Source of the DNA: Candidatus Omnitrophota bacterium
GTDB lineage: Bacteria; Omnitrophota; Gorgyraeia; Tantalellales; Tantalellaceae
Reading direction: 5' to 3'
Assembly: GCA_035403965.1 (NCBI GenBank)
Contig: DAONGE010000001.1
Location: 85,008-149,007, forward strand
DNA length: 64,000 bases
Shown here: positions 9,604-19,118 of the stretch, piece after piece
Numbering within the stretch: position 1 is the first letter of the stretch
Layout of the letters: every line of letters begins with the position of its first letter
Made by a program: the position numbers and the translations under genes
Notes under the pieces: model-generated
Database searches by the model: none
What the model was told of the DNA's origin: nothing
What the model saw: only the letters and a program-made list of their open reading frames with translations

Positions 9604-10917
9604 ATGCGGATATTGCTTACCGGACTGATGACAGTGCACTGGGGGAGGCTGGAGAACGGGAATATCGGGAATTACTATATAACCGAAGCCACAATAAGGG
9701 AATTGCACAGGGTTTTTCCGGGAGCCGAGATCGTCACGACCTTTCAAATGTCTGATGAATTCAGCCGCCGGGAAAAAATAAAAGTTTTGCCGATGGATAT
9801 ATTCTATTCATGGAACGAATCGGATCTTGATACATGTTTTAAGGAAATGGGTATCGCCGGGGTCTTTAATTTAGCCGGACACCTGATCGCCTCAACGCCG
9901 TATATCGACGAGGTCATGAAAAGCGACCTTGTTCTGGATTTTAGCGGGGAGATGTGGGGGGATCACGCCGAACCGGTCGGAAAAGACAGGTTTCTGACGG
10001 TTTTAATGAAGGACAGGGTGGCGCAACTTTTAAAAAAACCGGTGGTGCTATTAGCCGGTTCGCAGGGGCCGTTCGATAAAACGGCACATTTGAAGGAGTT
10101 TGCTTCGGCCGTCATAAGTGATTATAAAGCTATTTTGAACAGAGAACCGTCATCGGTCAATGTGCTGAAAGAAAACGGGTTTGATATTAAGAACGTTAAA
10201 AGCTTTACGGATGTGTCTTTTCTTTTTGAGCCCGCGCCTTATGAAGAGATCAAAGAGATCTTAAGGAAGGATTCCATAGTGGCTACGGATAAAAAAACCG
10301 CGGGTTTTATCCTGTGCGGATTCAATATGTTAAGGGGGCCGTATGACGCGGAGCCACGCTCCGACGACGAATTTACGCAGTTCGCGGAGGCGGTGGAGTT
10401 TATAACGGGGGAACTGGGCGCCAGGGTGTTTTTAATGTCGCATCAGAACGGGTTTGTAAAGACCCCGGAATTTAAACTTATCAACGGAAGGGATTATCCT
10501 TACGCGCGGCAATTGTACGATGTCGTGAAAAAAAGGGGGAAAGTGAATATCAGTGACGTGATCCTTGCCAAAGGGCCGTATACGCCTAAGCAGACGATGG
10601 CTATCATCGGCCAGTTCGACATCTTTGTCACGGGCAGGATACACGCGTTTGTGGCAGCGGTTTCGCAAAAAGTCCCGACGGTTATCATCAATAGGGGGCA
10701 TGGGGGAAGGGCGCATCGGAATATAGGGTTTGCGCGAAGCGTCGGCATGGAGGACTATATCGCCGATCCGGCGTCCGCGGACGACTTAAAAACTAGGATC
10801 AAAAAATGCTGGAATAACAGGGAAAAAATAAAAGAGGAATTAAAAAACAGGATCCCGATAGTGAAAGATACCGCCAAAACGATGTTTGATGTTTTAAAAG
10901 AGGCGGTCAGGGTATAG
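9604..10917 (+). CDS. polysaccharide pyruvyl transferase family protein (CsaB/WcaK-like)
   Basis: N-terminal GN.G(N/D) motif (ENGNIGNYYI) and C-terminal TGRIHAFVAAVSQKVPTVII, which resembles the conserved TRLH...G.P motif of pyruvyl transferases. Strong ribosome-binding site AGGAGG. Confidence 0.5.
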   Translation: MRILLTGLMTVHWGRLENGNIGNYYITEATIRELHRVFPGAEIVTTFQMSDEFSRREKIKVLPMDIFYSWNESDLDTCFKEMGIAGVFNLAGHLIASTPYIDEVMKSDLVLDFSGEMWGDHAEPVGKDRFLTVLMKDRVAQLLKKPVVLLAGSQGPFDKTAHLKEFASAVISDYKAILNREPSSVNVLKENGFDIKNVKSFTDVSFLFEPAPYEEIKEILRKDSIVATDKKTAGFILCGFNMLRGPYDAEPRSDDEFTQFAEAVEFITGELGARVFLMSHQNGFVKTPEFKLINGRDYPYARQLYDVVKKRGKVNISDVILAKGPYTPKQTMAIIGQFDIFVTGRIHAFVAAVSQKVPTVIINRGHGGRAHRNIGFARSVGMEDYIADPASADDLKTRIKKCWNNREKIKEELKNRIPIVKDTAKTMFDVLKEAVRV

Positions 10918-10921
10918 AGAT

Positions 10922-11632
10922 ATGAAGATCGCCATTATGCAGCCGTATTTTTTTCCGTATCTGGGATATTTTAGTTTGATAAAACATACGGATCGGTTCA
11001 TCTTGCTGGATGAGGTTCAGTATATTCGTCACGGATGGATCGACAGGAACAGGATACTTAAACCTGGAGGAGGATGGCAGTATATCAAAGTTCCCGTAAG
11101 AAAGCACGCACGGGATACAAGTATCAAAAATATCAGGATCAATAATGATCTCGACTGGAGAACTAAAATGCTGGGGCAATTGCAGCATTATAAAAAGAAT
11201 GCTCCGAATTTCGCCCGGGTGGAAAAGATAATGGAAAAGGTATTGGTGAGTGAATATGATTCTATCGTTCAGCTAAATCTCGCCGGGCTTAAGGCGATCT
11301 GCGAATATTTAAAAATATATCCGGTTTTACAAATATTTTCCGAAGAGAGGTTTGCCATAGACCCCCCTAATGAACCGGATGAATGGGCGTTGAATATATG
11401 CAAAGCGATACCCGGCGTGAAAGAGTATTGGAATCCTCCCGGGGCACGGGATCTGTTCGATAGAAAAAAATATCGCTCCGGCTCGATAGAACTTAGGTTT
11501 CTCGAAAATCGTTTGCGCCGGTATGACCAAAAACGAACGGTTTTTGAGCCGGGTTTATCTATTATAGATGTTTTGATGTTCAATGACCCGGATCATGTAA
11601 ACTTAATGTTGGACGATTTTGTCCTTGATTGA
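10922..11632 (+). CDS. WbqC-like family protein (O-antigen/glycan cluster accessory protein)
   Basis: N-terminus MKIAIMQPYFFPYLGYFSLI...FILLDEVQY...DRNRIL...VPV matches the hallmark WbqC-like family N-terminal signature. Confidence 0.6.
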   Translation: MKIAIMQPYFFPYLGYFSLIKHTDRFILLDEVQYIRHGWIDRNRILKPGGGWQYIKVPVRKHARDTSIKNIRINNDLDWRTKMLGQLQHYKKNAPNFARVEKIMEKVLVSEYDSIVQLNLAGLKAICEYLKIYPVLQIFSEERFAIDPPNEPDEWALNICKAIPGVKEYWNPPGARDLFDRKKYRSGSIELRFLENRLRRYDQKRTVFEPGLSIIDVLMFNDPDHVNLMLDDFVLD

Positions 11633-11688
11633 CGCCGGGATTATTTTAATAATAGCAAGCGGGATAAATTGGAAAAGGTGGAGTAGCT

Positions 11689-12492
11689 ATGGGCATGATA
11701 CAATTGCAACGATCCGCGATAGCCGTAACGCAGCGTTGTACTTTAAGATGCAAGTTGTGTAACGCGTATATGCCGTATTATGTTAAACCGGCGGATATGC
11801 TTTTTGACAAGATAGAAAAAGTCCTGGATAGGTATTTTTTAATCGTGGACAAAGTGGGCATATTCGGCGTGCTGGGAGGGGAACCGTTGTTGCATCCGGA
11901 TATAGCGAAGATCCTGAAAAAAATAAATTCGTATACCGATCAAATTTCCGAACGGATAGATCTGGTGACCAATGGTACGCTGGACATGGATGATGAGACA
12001 TTCGCTTTTTTTGTCGATAACGCGCCAAAGGCCAAGGTCATTATCAGCCACTATGGCAAGCATTCCCCGAAAGCCGATATCCTCGCTAAAAAACTCGAAG
12101 CCCATGGCGCGAATTACAGGGTAGCCGTCTATCACGGAGAGGATCTGTTGTACGGCGGGTGGATAGATTATAGGGATCATTCAAAAAAACATTTTACTCA
12201 GGAGGACATTGATCGGCAGGGGCGGAATTGCATTGTAAGGAAAGGGCAGTATTATCTGATCAGCGAAGGCGAAATGCATACCTGCACAAGGGCGCACTGG
12301 CGCATGCGGCAGGGGATAATTCCCCGTAATGCGGACGAATATTTGAATCTGCTCGACGATACTATATCCGTGGAAAAACAAAGGGAGATTTTGAGCAGGA
12401 TAGACAGCCGGGTTAGCATGACATCTTGTGCTTATTGCGAAGGCGCAAGTAATGAAAGCAAGCGATATCAACCCGCAGAGCAGTTAAAATAA
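11689..12492 (+). CDS. radical SAM protein, small paralog C
   Basis: VTQRCTLRCKLCNAYMPYY (CxxxCxxC), GGEPLLHP and TNGTL are present. The C-terminal Cys (NCIV, HTCTR, SCAYCEGA) and the final KRYQPAEQL are shared with paralog A. Confidence 0.7.
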   Translation: MGMIQLQRSAIAVTQRCTLRCKLCNAYMPYYVKPADMLFDKIEKVLDRYFLIVDKVGIFGVLGGEPLLHPDIAKILKKINSYTDQISERIDLVTNGTLDMDDETFAFFVDNAPKAKVIISHYGKHSPKADILAKKLEAHGANYRVAVYHGEDLLYGGWIDYRDHSKKHFTQEDIDRQGRNCIVRKGQYYLISEGEMHTCTRAHWRMRQGIIPRNADEYLNLLDDTISVEKQREILSRIDSRVSMTSCAYCEGASNESKRYQPAEQLK

Positions 12493-12601
12493 CTCTAAAA
12501 TTTTGAGATATTGATCATTAAATTATGAATAGTGTGTTATGGCAAGGCAAATGCTAATTTGCGATAAATAAACAGATGAATGCGTAAATTTAAAATAGGA
12601 G

Positions 12602-13699
12602 ATGATGGTGAAACAAGAAAATGAGAAGATAAATGTCACCAGAACGTATTTGCCGGATAGGGGGAAATTATCCAAATATATTAATAAGGTATATGATTCC
12701 GGGTGGATAACAAACAATGGAGAGTTTTGTAAAGAACTCGAACTTAGATTAAAGAATTACTTAGGCGTTAGGAACTTAATTCTTGTAGCAAATGGGACTT
12801 TGGCGTTACAGCTTGCGTATAAGGCTTTAGATGTAAAAGAAAAGGCCATAACTACTCCGTTTAGTTTTGTCGCTACGACTAATTCGTTACTATGGGAAAG
12901 GATAGAACCGGTATTTGCCGATATAGATCCGAGGAAATGGACTATTTCTCCGGAACAGATCGAAAAAAACATGACCCCGGAGATTACCGGCATTGTGCCG
13001 GTACATGTGTTCGGGAATGCTTGTGATGTTGAGGATATAAAGAGGATAGCGGACAAAAATGGATTAAAGGTTATTTATGATGCGGCGCATGCTTTTGGGG
13101 TTAAATATAAAGGAAAGTCTTTGTTCGAATGGGGCGATGTTTCCGTTTTGAGTTTCCATGCCACTAAACTTTTTCATACTATAGAGGGAGGCGCTGTTAT
13201 TACGGCGGATGACGAGATCGCCGATAAGATCAGGCTTTTCAGGAATTTTGGCATTACAGGGCAGGAGAGCGTAAAGTGTGTCGGGATAAACGCAAAGATG
13301 AATGAATTTCAGGCCATAATGGGGCTTTGTGTTTTGGATGACATAGAGGAAATAAGTGAGAAAAGAAAGAAAGTTTGGATGAGCTATTATAATAAGTTGA
13401 AGGACATCGTAAACTTACAAGAGATAAATAAAAAAGGGAGTAACAATTATGGTTATTTTCCGATTTTATTTAAAAATGAAACGACAGCAATAAAAGCGCA
13501 GAAAAAACTGAATAATAAAAACATATTTCCAAGAAGATATTTTTATCCTTCCTTAGATACGTTGCCTTATGTTGATCACGGGCCTGAAATGGCCGTATCA
13601 AGAGACGTGGCAAGCCGGGTTTTGTGTTTGCCAATGCATGGGGAGATAACAGAGCAGACGATTGCAGTAGTTTGTAAGGAAATAGAATCCCAGAATTGA
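12602..13699 (+). CDS. DegT/DnrJ/EryC1/StrS-family PLP-dependent sugar aminotransferase
   Basis: Characteristic family layout. The PLP-binding lysine lies in SFHATKLF. Ribosome-binding site TAGGAG. Confidence 0.8.
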   Translation: MMVKQENEKINVTRTYLPDRGKLSKYINKVYDSGWITNNGEFCKELELRLKNYLGVRNLILVANGTLALQLAYKALDVKEKAITTPFSFVATTNSLLWERIEPVFADIDPRKWTISPEQIEKNMTPEITGIVPVHVFGNACDVEDIKRIADKNGLKVIYDAAHAFGVKYKGKSLFEWGDVSVLSFHATKLFHTIEGGAVITADDEIADKIRLFRNFGITGQESVKCVGINAKMNEFQAIMGLCVLDDIEEISEKRKKVWMSYYNKLKDIVNLQEINKKGSNNYGYFPILFKNETTAIKAQKKLNNKNIFPRRYFYPSLDTLPYVDHGPEMAVSRDVASRVLCLPMHGEITEQTIAVVCKEIESQN

Positions 13700-13736
13700 G
13701 GGCGTTGATAACTAGTAGGTATGTTAAAAATATTTT

Positions 13737-14915
13737 TTGTCGTTGTGTCGATCCGGGAAAAATACAAGGGCAGAGGTAATAATAACTCATTTTATGCTGG
13801 AGGGTGGGGGTGTGAATTTTTTTGAACTGTTACTAATGGAGATATTGAACAGTCAATATAACTATTTCACCGATAATTATGACCAGAATAGGTTCGGTCG
13901 AAAATCGTACAGAAGAATGGTTTACGAACAGGTTTTAAGTGTGGTCAATAGTGTCATGCGTTATCTAGGCGTGTATTATTATAGAACCGGTTACAAGAAG
14001 AATATAGGGGCTATAAGAAATATTGGCGGTTATTTTGACGCATTCAATAGTGTGTATGATTTGTTGGAAGATGATTATTCCAAGAAGTTACTTGTTAAGA
14101 TAATCGCCTACAGGATAATGGGCGAAAAAAAGGTTAAACTGCCTTTGAATAACCCGACCTATTGGGATCATATAAAGAAAATTAAGAGCATAGTTTCCAA
14201 AACTGATAAATTGTGTATAGATTTTTTAGGTTGGGAACTTAATAGGATAGATCTCAACCTGTTAAATATTCCGGTTGTCTATTTTTCACGGCCTACCGGG
14301 GCGGCCTTGTTATGGTTTCTGCGGCTCTACCAGGGAGGTCCTGGCAAAACGATAAGAGTGCGTCCGGGAGATGTAGTTATAGACTGCGGCTGTTGCTGGG
14401 GAGATACTGCGCTTAAGTTCGCTTTTGATGCGGGTAGGAAGGGACATATTTACTCTTTTGAAATTAACCAGAAAAACATTGAGGTTGCAACGAGAAATTT
14501 TGAACTTAATCCCGTACTGAAAGCTAACATTCAGCTTATTAATGCTGCGTTGTGGCATGAAAGTGACAAAGAGATTTTAGTCGACGATAATGGTCCGGGG
14601 TCAGCTTTTACGATCAAGAATACAAAGAATAACATTGTTGCAAAAACTCTAACGATCGATGATTTTGTCGAGCGATGGAATATTAGACAGGTGAATTTTA
14701 TAAAAATGGATATTGAAGGTGCGGAATTGAAGGCCCTGGAAGGTGCAAAAAAAACCATCCAGAAATTTAAGCCTAAATTGGCGATATCTCTTTATCATAC
14801 TTTGGATGATTTTGTAAATATTCCCAAGTTTGTAAAAGAAGTGAATAAAGACTATAAATTATACGTAGAACATTTTTCTATCCACAGAGAAGAAACTGTT
14901 CTTTTTGCAGGTTAA
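13737..14915 (+). CDS. FkbM-family methyltransferase
   Basis: VIDCGCCWGDTALKFA is the SAM-binding motif and FIKMDIEGAELKALEGA is the conserved FkbM/Methyltransf_21 block. The start is uncertain: 13737 is TTG, and ATG alternatives lie at 13794 and 13836. Confidence 0.6.
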   Translation: MSLCRSGKNTRAEVIITHFMLEGGGVNFFELLLMEILNSQYNYFTDNYDQNRFGRKSYRRMVYEQVLSVVNSVMRYLGVYYYRTGYKKNIGAIRNIGGYFDAFNSVYDLLEDDYSKKLLVKIIAYRIMGEKKVKLPLNNPTYWDHIKKIKSIVSKTDKLCIDFLGWELNRIDLNLLNIPVVYFSRPTGAALLWFLRLYQGGPGKTIRVRPGDVVIDCGCCWGDTALKFAFDAGRKGHIYSFEINQKNIEVATRNFELNPVLKANIQLINAALWHESDKEILVDDNGPGSAFTIKNTKNNIVAKTLTIDDFVERWNIRQVNFIKMDIEGAELKALEGAKKTIQKFKPKLAISLYHTLDDFVNIPKFVKEVNKDYKLYVEHFSIHREETVLFAG

Positions 14916-14970
14916 TGGTAGACTGGCTATTCTGTTGCTATGGGGTGTAGTGTCATTGCGAAGGGAAAAT

Positions 14971-15930
14971 ATGCTGGATAGAACGCAAGAATCAATCATG
15001 AAAAATTGGAATAGAGTGGGGCCGCCTCTGGTTAGTATTGCGTGCACAACGTTTAATCATGAAAAATTCATCGCGGAAACCATTGAAAGCTTTCTCATGC
15101 AGTGTACTAATTTCCCGTTCGAGATAATCATTCACGATGATGCTTCTACGGATTCCACCAAAGAGATAATCAAGTCGTATATGGAGAGATATCCCGATAT
15201 AATTAAGCCGATATTTCAGACGGTTAACCAAAGTTCGCAAAGAAAAAGTTGTTTTAGCATTGTTATAAGCCATGGCCGCGGGAAATATATCGCTCTTTGC
15301 GAGGGAGACGATTTCTGGGCCGACCCTGAAAAACTTCAATTGCAAGTTGACTACCTTGAGGCACATCCGGAGTGTGTTGTGTGTTATCATGATGCTATGA
15401 TAGTAAATGATGAGGGTAAATTGATCAAAGCATCCAAGATGCCGGCAAATTTCAAAAGAGATTGCACGGACTGGGAGTTAGCTAGCGGTTTTTTTATTTC
15501 TACGCTTACAATGGTTTTTAGAAATGTAATAAAGGAATTCCCGTACGAAATGTCGAATTGTAAATACGGCGATATTTTTCTCACTTCTCTTTTAGGAGGT
15601 TATGGCAAAGGCAAGTATCTTGGAAATATTAAACCGGGTGTTTATAGGGTCCACCACGGATCGATTTGTTCGACCGCTTCTCCACAGAATTTTAATATTT
15701 ATTTTTTCACTTCGCATTATTGGATCTCAGAATACTACCGTAGAATAGGCAATATTAAATTATCGCGGGTATATGGCCGATCAATGGTCAGGTGCTTATT
15801 GAACAATATGATCAGGCCTTATATGGGTCTTAAAGATATGATCTTAATCCTACTGCCGCCTTGGCTGGCAAGGCGGGCATGTAAAGTGTATGATGTTTTG
15901 TGCGGAAGATATTTTGGCCGCAGGCTTTAA
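14971..15930 (+). CDS. family 2 glycosyltransferase
   Basis: VSIACTTFNHEKFIAETIESFLMQ...EIIIHDDASTDST is the GT2 N-terminal signature with a DxD-type motif. The ORF track start at 14905 overlaps the upstream gene, so ATG 14971 is preferred. Confidence 0.7.
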   Translation: MLDRTQESIMKNWNRVGPPLVSIACTTFNHEKFIAETIESFLMQCTNFPFEIIIHDDASTDSTKEIIKSYMERYPDIIKPIFQTVNQSSQRKSCFSIVISHGRGKYIALCEGDDFWADPEKLQLQVDYLEAHPECVVCYHDAMIVNDEGKLIKASKMPANFKRDCTDWELASGFFISTLTMVFRNVIKEFPYEMSNCKYGDIFLTSLLGGYGKGKYLGNIKPGVYRVHHGSICSTASPQNFNIYFFTSHYWISEYYRRIGNIKLSRVYGRSMVRCLLNNMIRPYMGLKDMILILLPPWLARRACKVYDVLCGRYFGRRL

Positions 15931-16130
15931 CAAAAAAATCATCAGACGCTACGGATTAATTGCGCCGAATTATTCTCTTTCGCTGAAAACACGGGCGTTC
16001 AAGCCGGGGTTAGAATGCCATATGCGATGAAGGTTCGAGTAATGACTTATTTCTTGCCATACAGAAGAAAAAAGGTATCATATAACAATACTAATATACC
16101 GAGGATATTTTAATGGGTTAAAAGGTCAAA

Positions 16131-17924
16131 ATGCTGAAAGCTGCGAAACAGATATTCTATCTATTCGATAAAAAAGAGAAATATTTCATCACATTTATGT
16201 TTGTGTTGATGCTTATCGGTACATTCTTTGAGGCTTTGGGTATGGGAGCCATCGTTCCTTTTGTCACGTTACTTAGCCGTCCGGATTTTGTCAAGACCAA
16301 TGCTTTTTTCGGAGAACTTTATAATCGCACCGGGGCCAAAAACATCAATGAGTTTTTGATCATTCTTTCGGCCAGCCTTATGGGATTGTATGTGGTGAAG
16401 AACGCGTATCTTTTCGCGGTAGTGTATATACAGAGTTATTTTTGCAACAAAAAGAATCTCAAATTATCGTCCGAACTTTTTCAATTGTACCTGTACAGCC
16501 CATATACATTCCATCTTCAACGTAATACCGTAGAACTTATGCGCAACCTAAATCTTATTATGCCTATTATGTCGGGAGTCTTATACCGCATGTTGGATCT
16601 TATAACCGATGTGGTCGTAATTATCGTGATAATAGTCTGTCTTATTTGCGTTCACCCGGTATCGTCGGTGGCCATTATTTCGATAATGGCAGTTTCAATG
16701 GGTTTGTTTCATCTTTTTATCCGCAAACGTATGAAAATATACGGACAGATGTATTCCGAATATCTCAACAAAACAAGTAAGCAAATGCACCAAGGTTTGG
16801 GAAGTATTAAAGAAACCAAAATCTTTAAAAGAGAACAATTTTTTGATTTACAATACTCCTCTCATCAGAAACAACTCGTAAAAACGCTTCACTGGCAGAA
16901 GGTTATAACCGAGATTCCAAGGTATTATATTGAGACGGTTACCATGATCATGGTGATGGGGGTTATGATCTATTTTCTAAGGAGAGGCGATAATCCTCAG
17001 GTGGTGCTTTTTACATTGTCTTTTTTCTGCGTGGCCGCCGTAAGAATGATGCCGTCGATATATCGCATGGGCTCCTGCATGACGTCGATACGATTTTATC
17101 TGCCAAGCCTTGATACGGTATACAATGAATTGTTGATCGTGCGCTCGGAAGAAGAGCGGGTCACTCGGTGCGGGAATGAGGGGGCGATAACTTTCGCGGA
17201 TAAAATAACAGTAGAGGATATGACATACAGTTACGGGAACAACAGCAAATTTTTGCTGAATAAAATATCATTGGAAATAAACAAAAACAATACAGTTGGG
17301 TTTGCCGGTTCTTCCGGTGCGGGGAAAACGACTCTTGTTGATCTTTTGATCGGGCTGATGATGCCAAATTCCGGAAGGATACTCGTCGACGGTAAAGATA
17401 TTCAGACAAACGTATCTTCCTGGCAAAGACAGATCGGATATATTCCGCAGACGATATACCTGATGGATGGTTCTATAAGAGATAATATCGCTTTTGGTTT
17501 ATTTGACGAGGATATTGATGACGAAAAAGTCAGACGTGCTATAAAATTATCCCAGCTCGAGGATTTTATAAATAGCCTTCCGGACGGAATGAATACAATG
17601 GTGGGGGAACGTGGTATACGTCTATCCGGCGGGCAAAAGCAACGCATCGGCATAGCAAGGGCGCTTTATTATGATCCGGGAGTTCTTGTAATGGACGAGG
17701 CGACGGCCGCGCTTGATAACGAGACCGAACGTGCATTTATGGAGGCCGTTAAAACACTCAGCGGAGCCAAAACCATATTGATCATTGCGCACAGGTTAAC
17801 AACTATTGAGCATTGTGACGTCATTTTTTTTATAAATAACGGGACTCTTGTCGCTAAAGGGAAATATCACGAGTTGCTTGAAAAAAGCCCTGATTTTCGC
17901 AAAATGGCCGGGCGGGAAGTATAG
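16131..17924 (+). CDS. ABC transporter, fused permease/ATP-binding protein (MsbA/PglK-like exporter; candidate glycolipid or glycan flippase)
   Basis: Six-TM N-terminal domain. Walker A GSSGAGKTT, the ABC signature LSGGQKQR, and Walker B VLVMDEATAALD. No C39 peptidase domain. Confidence 0.8.
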   Translation: MLKAAKQIFYLFDKKEKYFITFMFVLMLIGTFFEALGMGAIVPFVTLLSRPDFVKTNAFFGELYNRTGAKNINEFLIILSASLMGLYVVKNAYLFAVVYIQSYFCNKKNLKLSSELFQLYLYSPYTFHLQRNTVELMRNLNLIMPIMSGVLYRMLDLITDVVVIIVIIVCLICVHPVSSVAIISIMAVSMGLFHLFIRKRMKIYGQMYSEYLNKTSKQMHQGLGSIKETKIFKREQFFDLQYSSHQKQLVKTLHWQKVITEIPRYYIETVTMIMVMGVMIYFLRRGDNPQVVLFTLSFFCVAAVRMMPSIYRMGSCMTSIRFYLPSLDTVYNELLIVRSEEERVTRCGNEGAITFADKITVEDMTYSYGNNSKFLLNKISLEINKNNTVGFAGSSGAGKTTLVDLLIGLMMPNSGRILVDGKDIQTNVSSWQRQIGYIPQTIYLMDGSIRDNIAFGLFDEDIDDEKVRRAIKLSQLEDFINSLPDGMNTMVGERGIRLSGGQKQRIGIARALYYDPGVLVMDEATAALDNETERAFMEAVKTLSGAKTILIIAHRLTTIEHCDVIFFINNGTLVAKGKYHELLEKSPDFRKMAGREV

Positions 17925-17993
17925 TTAATTTGGTACATCCGAAGAGTTTTGGATCCCGGCGTATGTAAAAAAAGATAAGGGGAAAGAAGATAT

Positions 17994-18677
17994 ATGTCGA
18001 AAGTTAATCTTTATAAACTTGTTCCGTCGGAGATAATGAAGACGTTCGATAATTACAAGATACTTAGTGTCCGGTACGGGCAGTATAGATCCATGCGGGC
18101 AAAAGAAAGTATTGATGCTTCGGGTGAGCCGGTGCCTTGGTATACATATCCGGCGATAGAATATTTAAAACAAATGGACCTGAAAGATAAAACCATTTTT
18201 GAGTATGGGGCGGGTGGCTCGACAAGATTTTTCGCTAAACGATGTAGGCGTCTTGTTTCTGTTGAAGATGATAAAAGTTGGTATGATAAGGTCAATGCAC
18301 TTCTCCCGACCAATGCCAAATGCCAGTATATAAAAGAAAGATTGGAGTACGTTAATTATTTAAATACTGTAACGGATAAGATCGATATTATTGCGATCGA
18401 CGGGAAATATAGGATGGCGTGTGCGAAAGAATCCGTTAAGAGGATAGCAGACGATGGTTTTATCATTTTGGACAATTCTGATCATAATCAAAAAACTTCT
18501 GCTTTTTTGAGGTCAGAAGGACTTATAGAAGTAGATATGTCTGGATTTACTCCGATCAATGGATTTACATGTGTAACATCGTTCTTTTTTAAAAGAGGCG
18601 TACAGCTTAAACCGCTATATGAAAAACATCCGATGTGCCCGATCGGGGGTATAGAGGTCGAGGAAGCCGTTGAGTAA
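17994..18677 (+). CDS. hypothetical protein, class I SAM-dependent methyltransferase-like
   Basis: IFEYGAGGST resembles motif I, followed by an acidic motif II (LVSVEDD) and IDIIAIDG. Weak assignment. Confidence 0.35.
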   Translation: MSKVNLYKLVPSEIMKTFDNYKILSVRYGQYRSMRAKESIDASGEPVPWYTYPAIEYLKQMDLKDKTIFEYGAGGSTRFFAKRCRRLVSVEDDKSWYDKVNALLPTNAKCQYIKERLEYVNYLNTVTDKIDIIAIDGKYRMACAKESVKRIADDGFIILDNSDHNQKTSAFLRSEGLIEVDMSGFTPINGFTCVTSFFFKRGVQLKPLYEKHPMCPIGGIEVEEAVE

Positions 18678-18735
18678 TGAAATTTTAAGATTACGGCGGG
18701 AACTTATTGAATGTAACAATAAGGAGAGGGGCAAA

Positions 18736-18897
18736 ATGTCCGGATGTGTTAGAAAGACAGAGAATTATAATACAAGAAAAATGTTATCAGACGCGTTTGG
18801 TGGGATTATTGCCAGGGTTTACGTGATCTGTAATTGGAAGAGATGCAAATGGGCGTATGCTTTGGAAGGTGAAGATATCATGTATGGATTGGAATAA
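18736..18897 (+). CDS. small Cys/Trp-containing peptide ORF (53 aa) in the gap upstream of a B12-radical-SAM gene
   Basis: Strong ribosome-binding site AAGGAGAGG 6 nt before ATG 18736. The peptide is MSGCVRKTENYNTRKMLSDAFGGIIARVYVICNWKRCKWAYALEGEDIMYGLE. An in-frame TTG at 18670 would extend it to 75 aa. Confidence 0.25.
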   Translation: MSGCVRKTENYNTRKMLSDAFGGIIARVYVICNWKRCKWAYALEGEDIMYGLE

Positions 18898-18986
18898 ATA
18901 CCGTCCCAAATGTGTTATCGTGGAACATTCCGATCTATGTGGAATCAGGGAAGTGTTTAAAGAGGAAGAGTAAACATACCTTGAAA

Positions 18987-19118
18987 ATGAAATATATGAA
19001 CTTGTCGCCAAAACATACTACAACCTTATCTTTAAGGACAAAGGATATTGTGACGGGGTTTTCTATACGAAACGGAGTTAAATGCTGGTTTTGTGAAGAA
19101 TGGAAAATAATTTTATAG
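18987..19118 (+). CDS. second small Cys/Trp-containing peptide ORF (43 aa)
   Basis: MKYMNLSPKHTTTLSLRTKDIVTGFSIRNGVKCWFCEEWKIIL, with a weak ribosome-binding site. It ends 26 nt before the B12-rSAM start. Confidence 0.2.
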   Translation: MKYMNLSPKHTTTLSLRTKDIVTGFSIRNGVKCWFCEEWKIIL

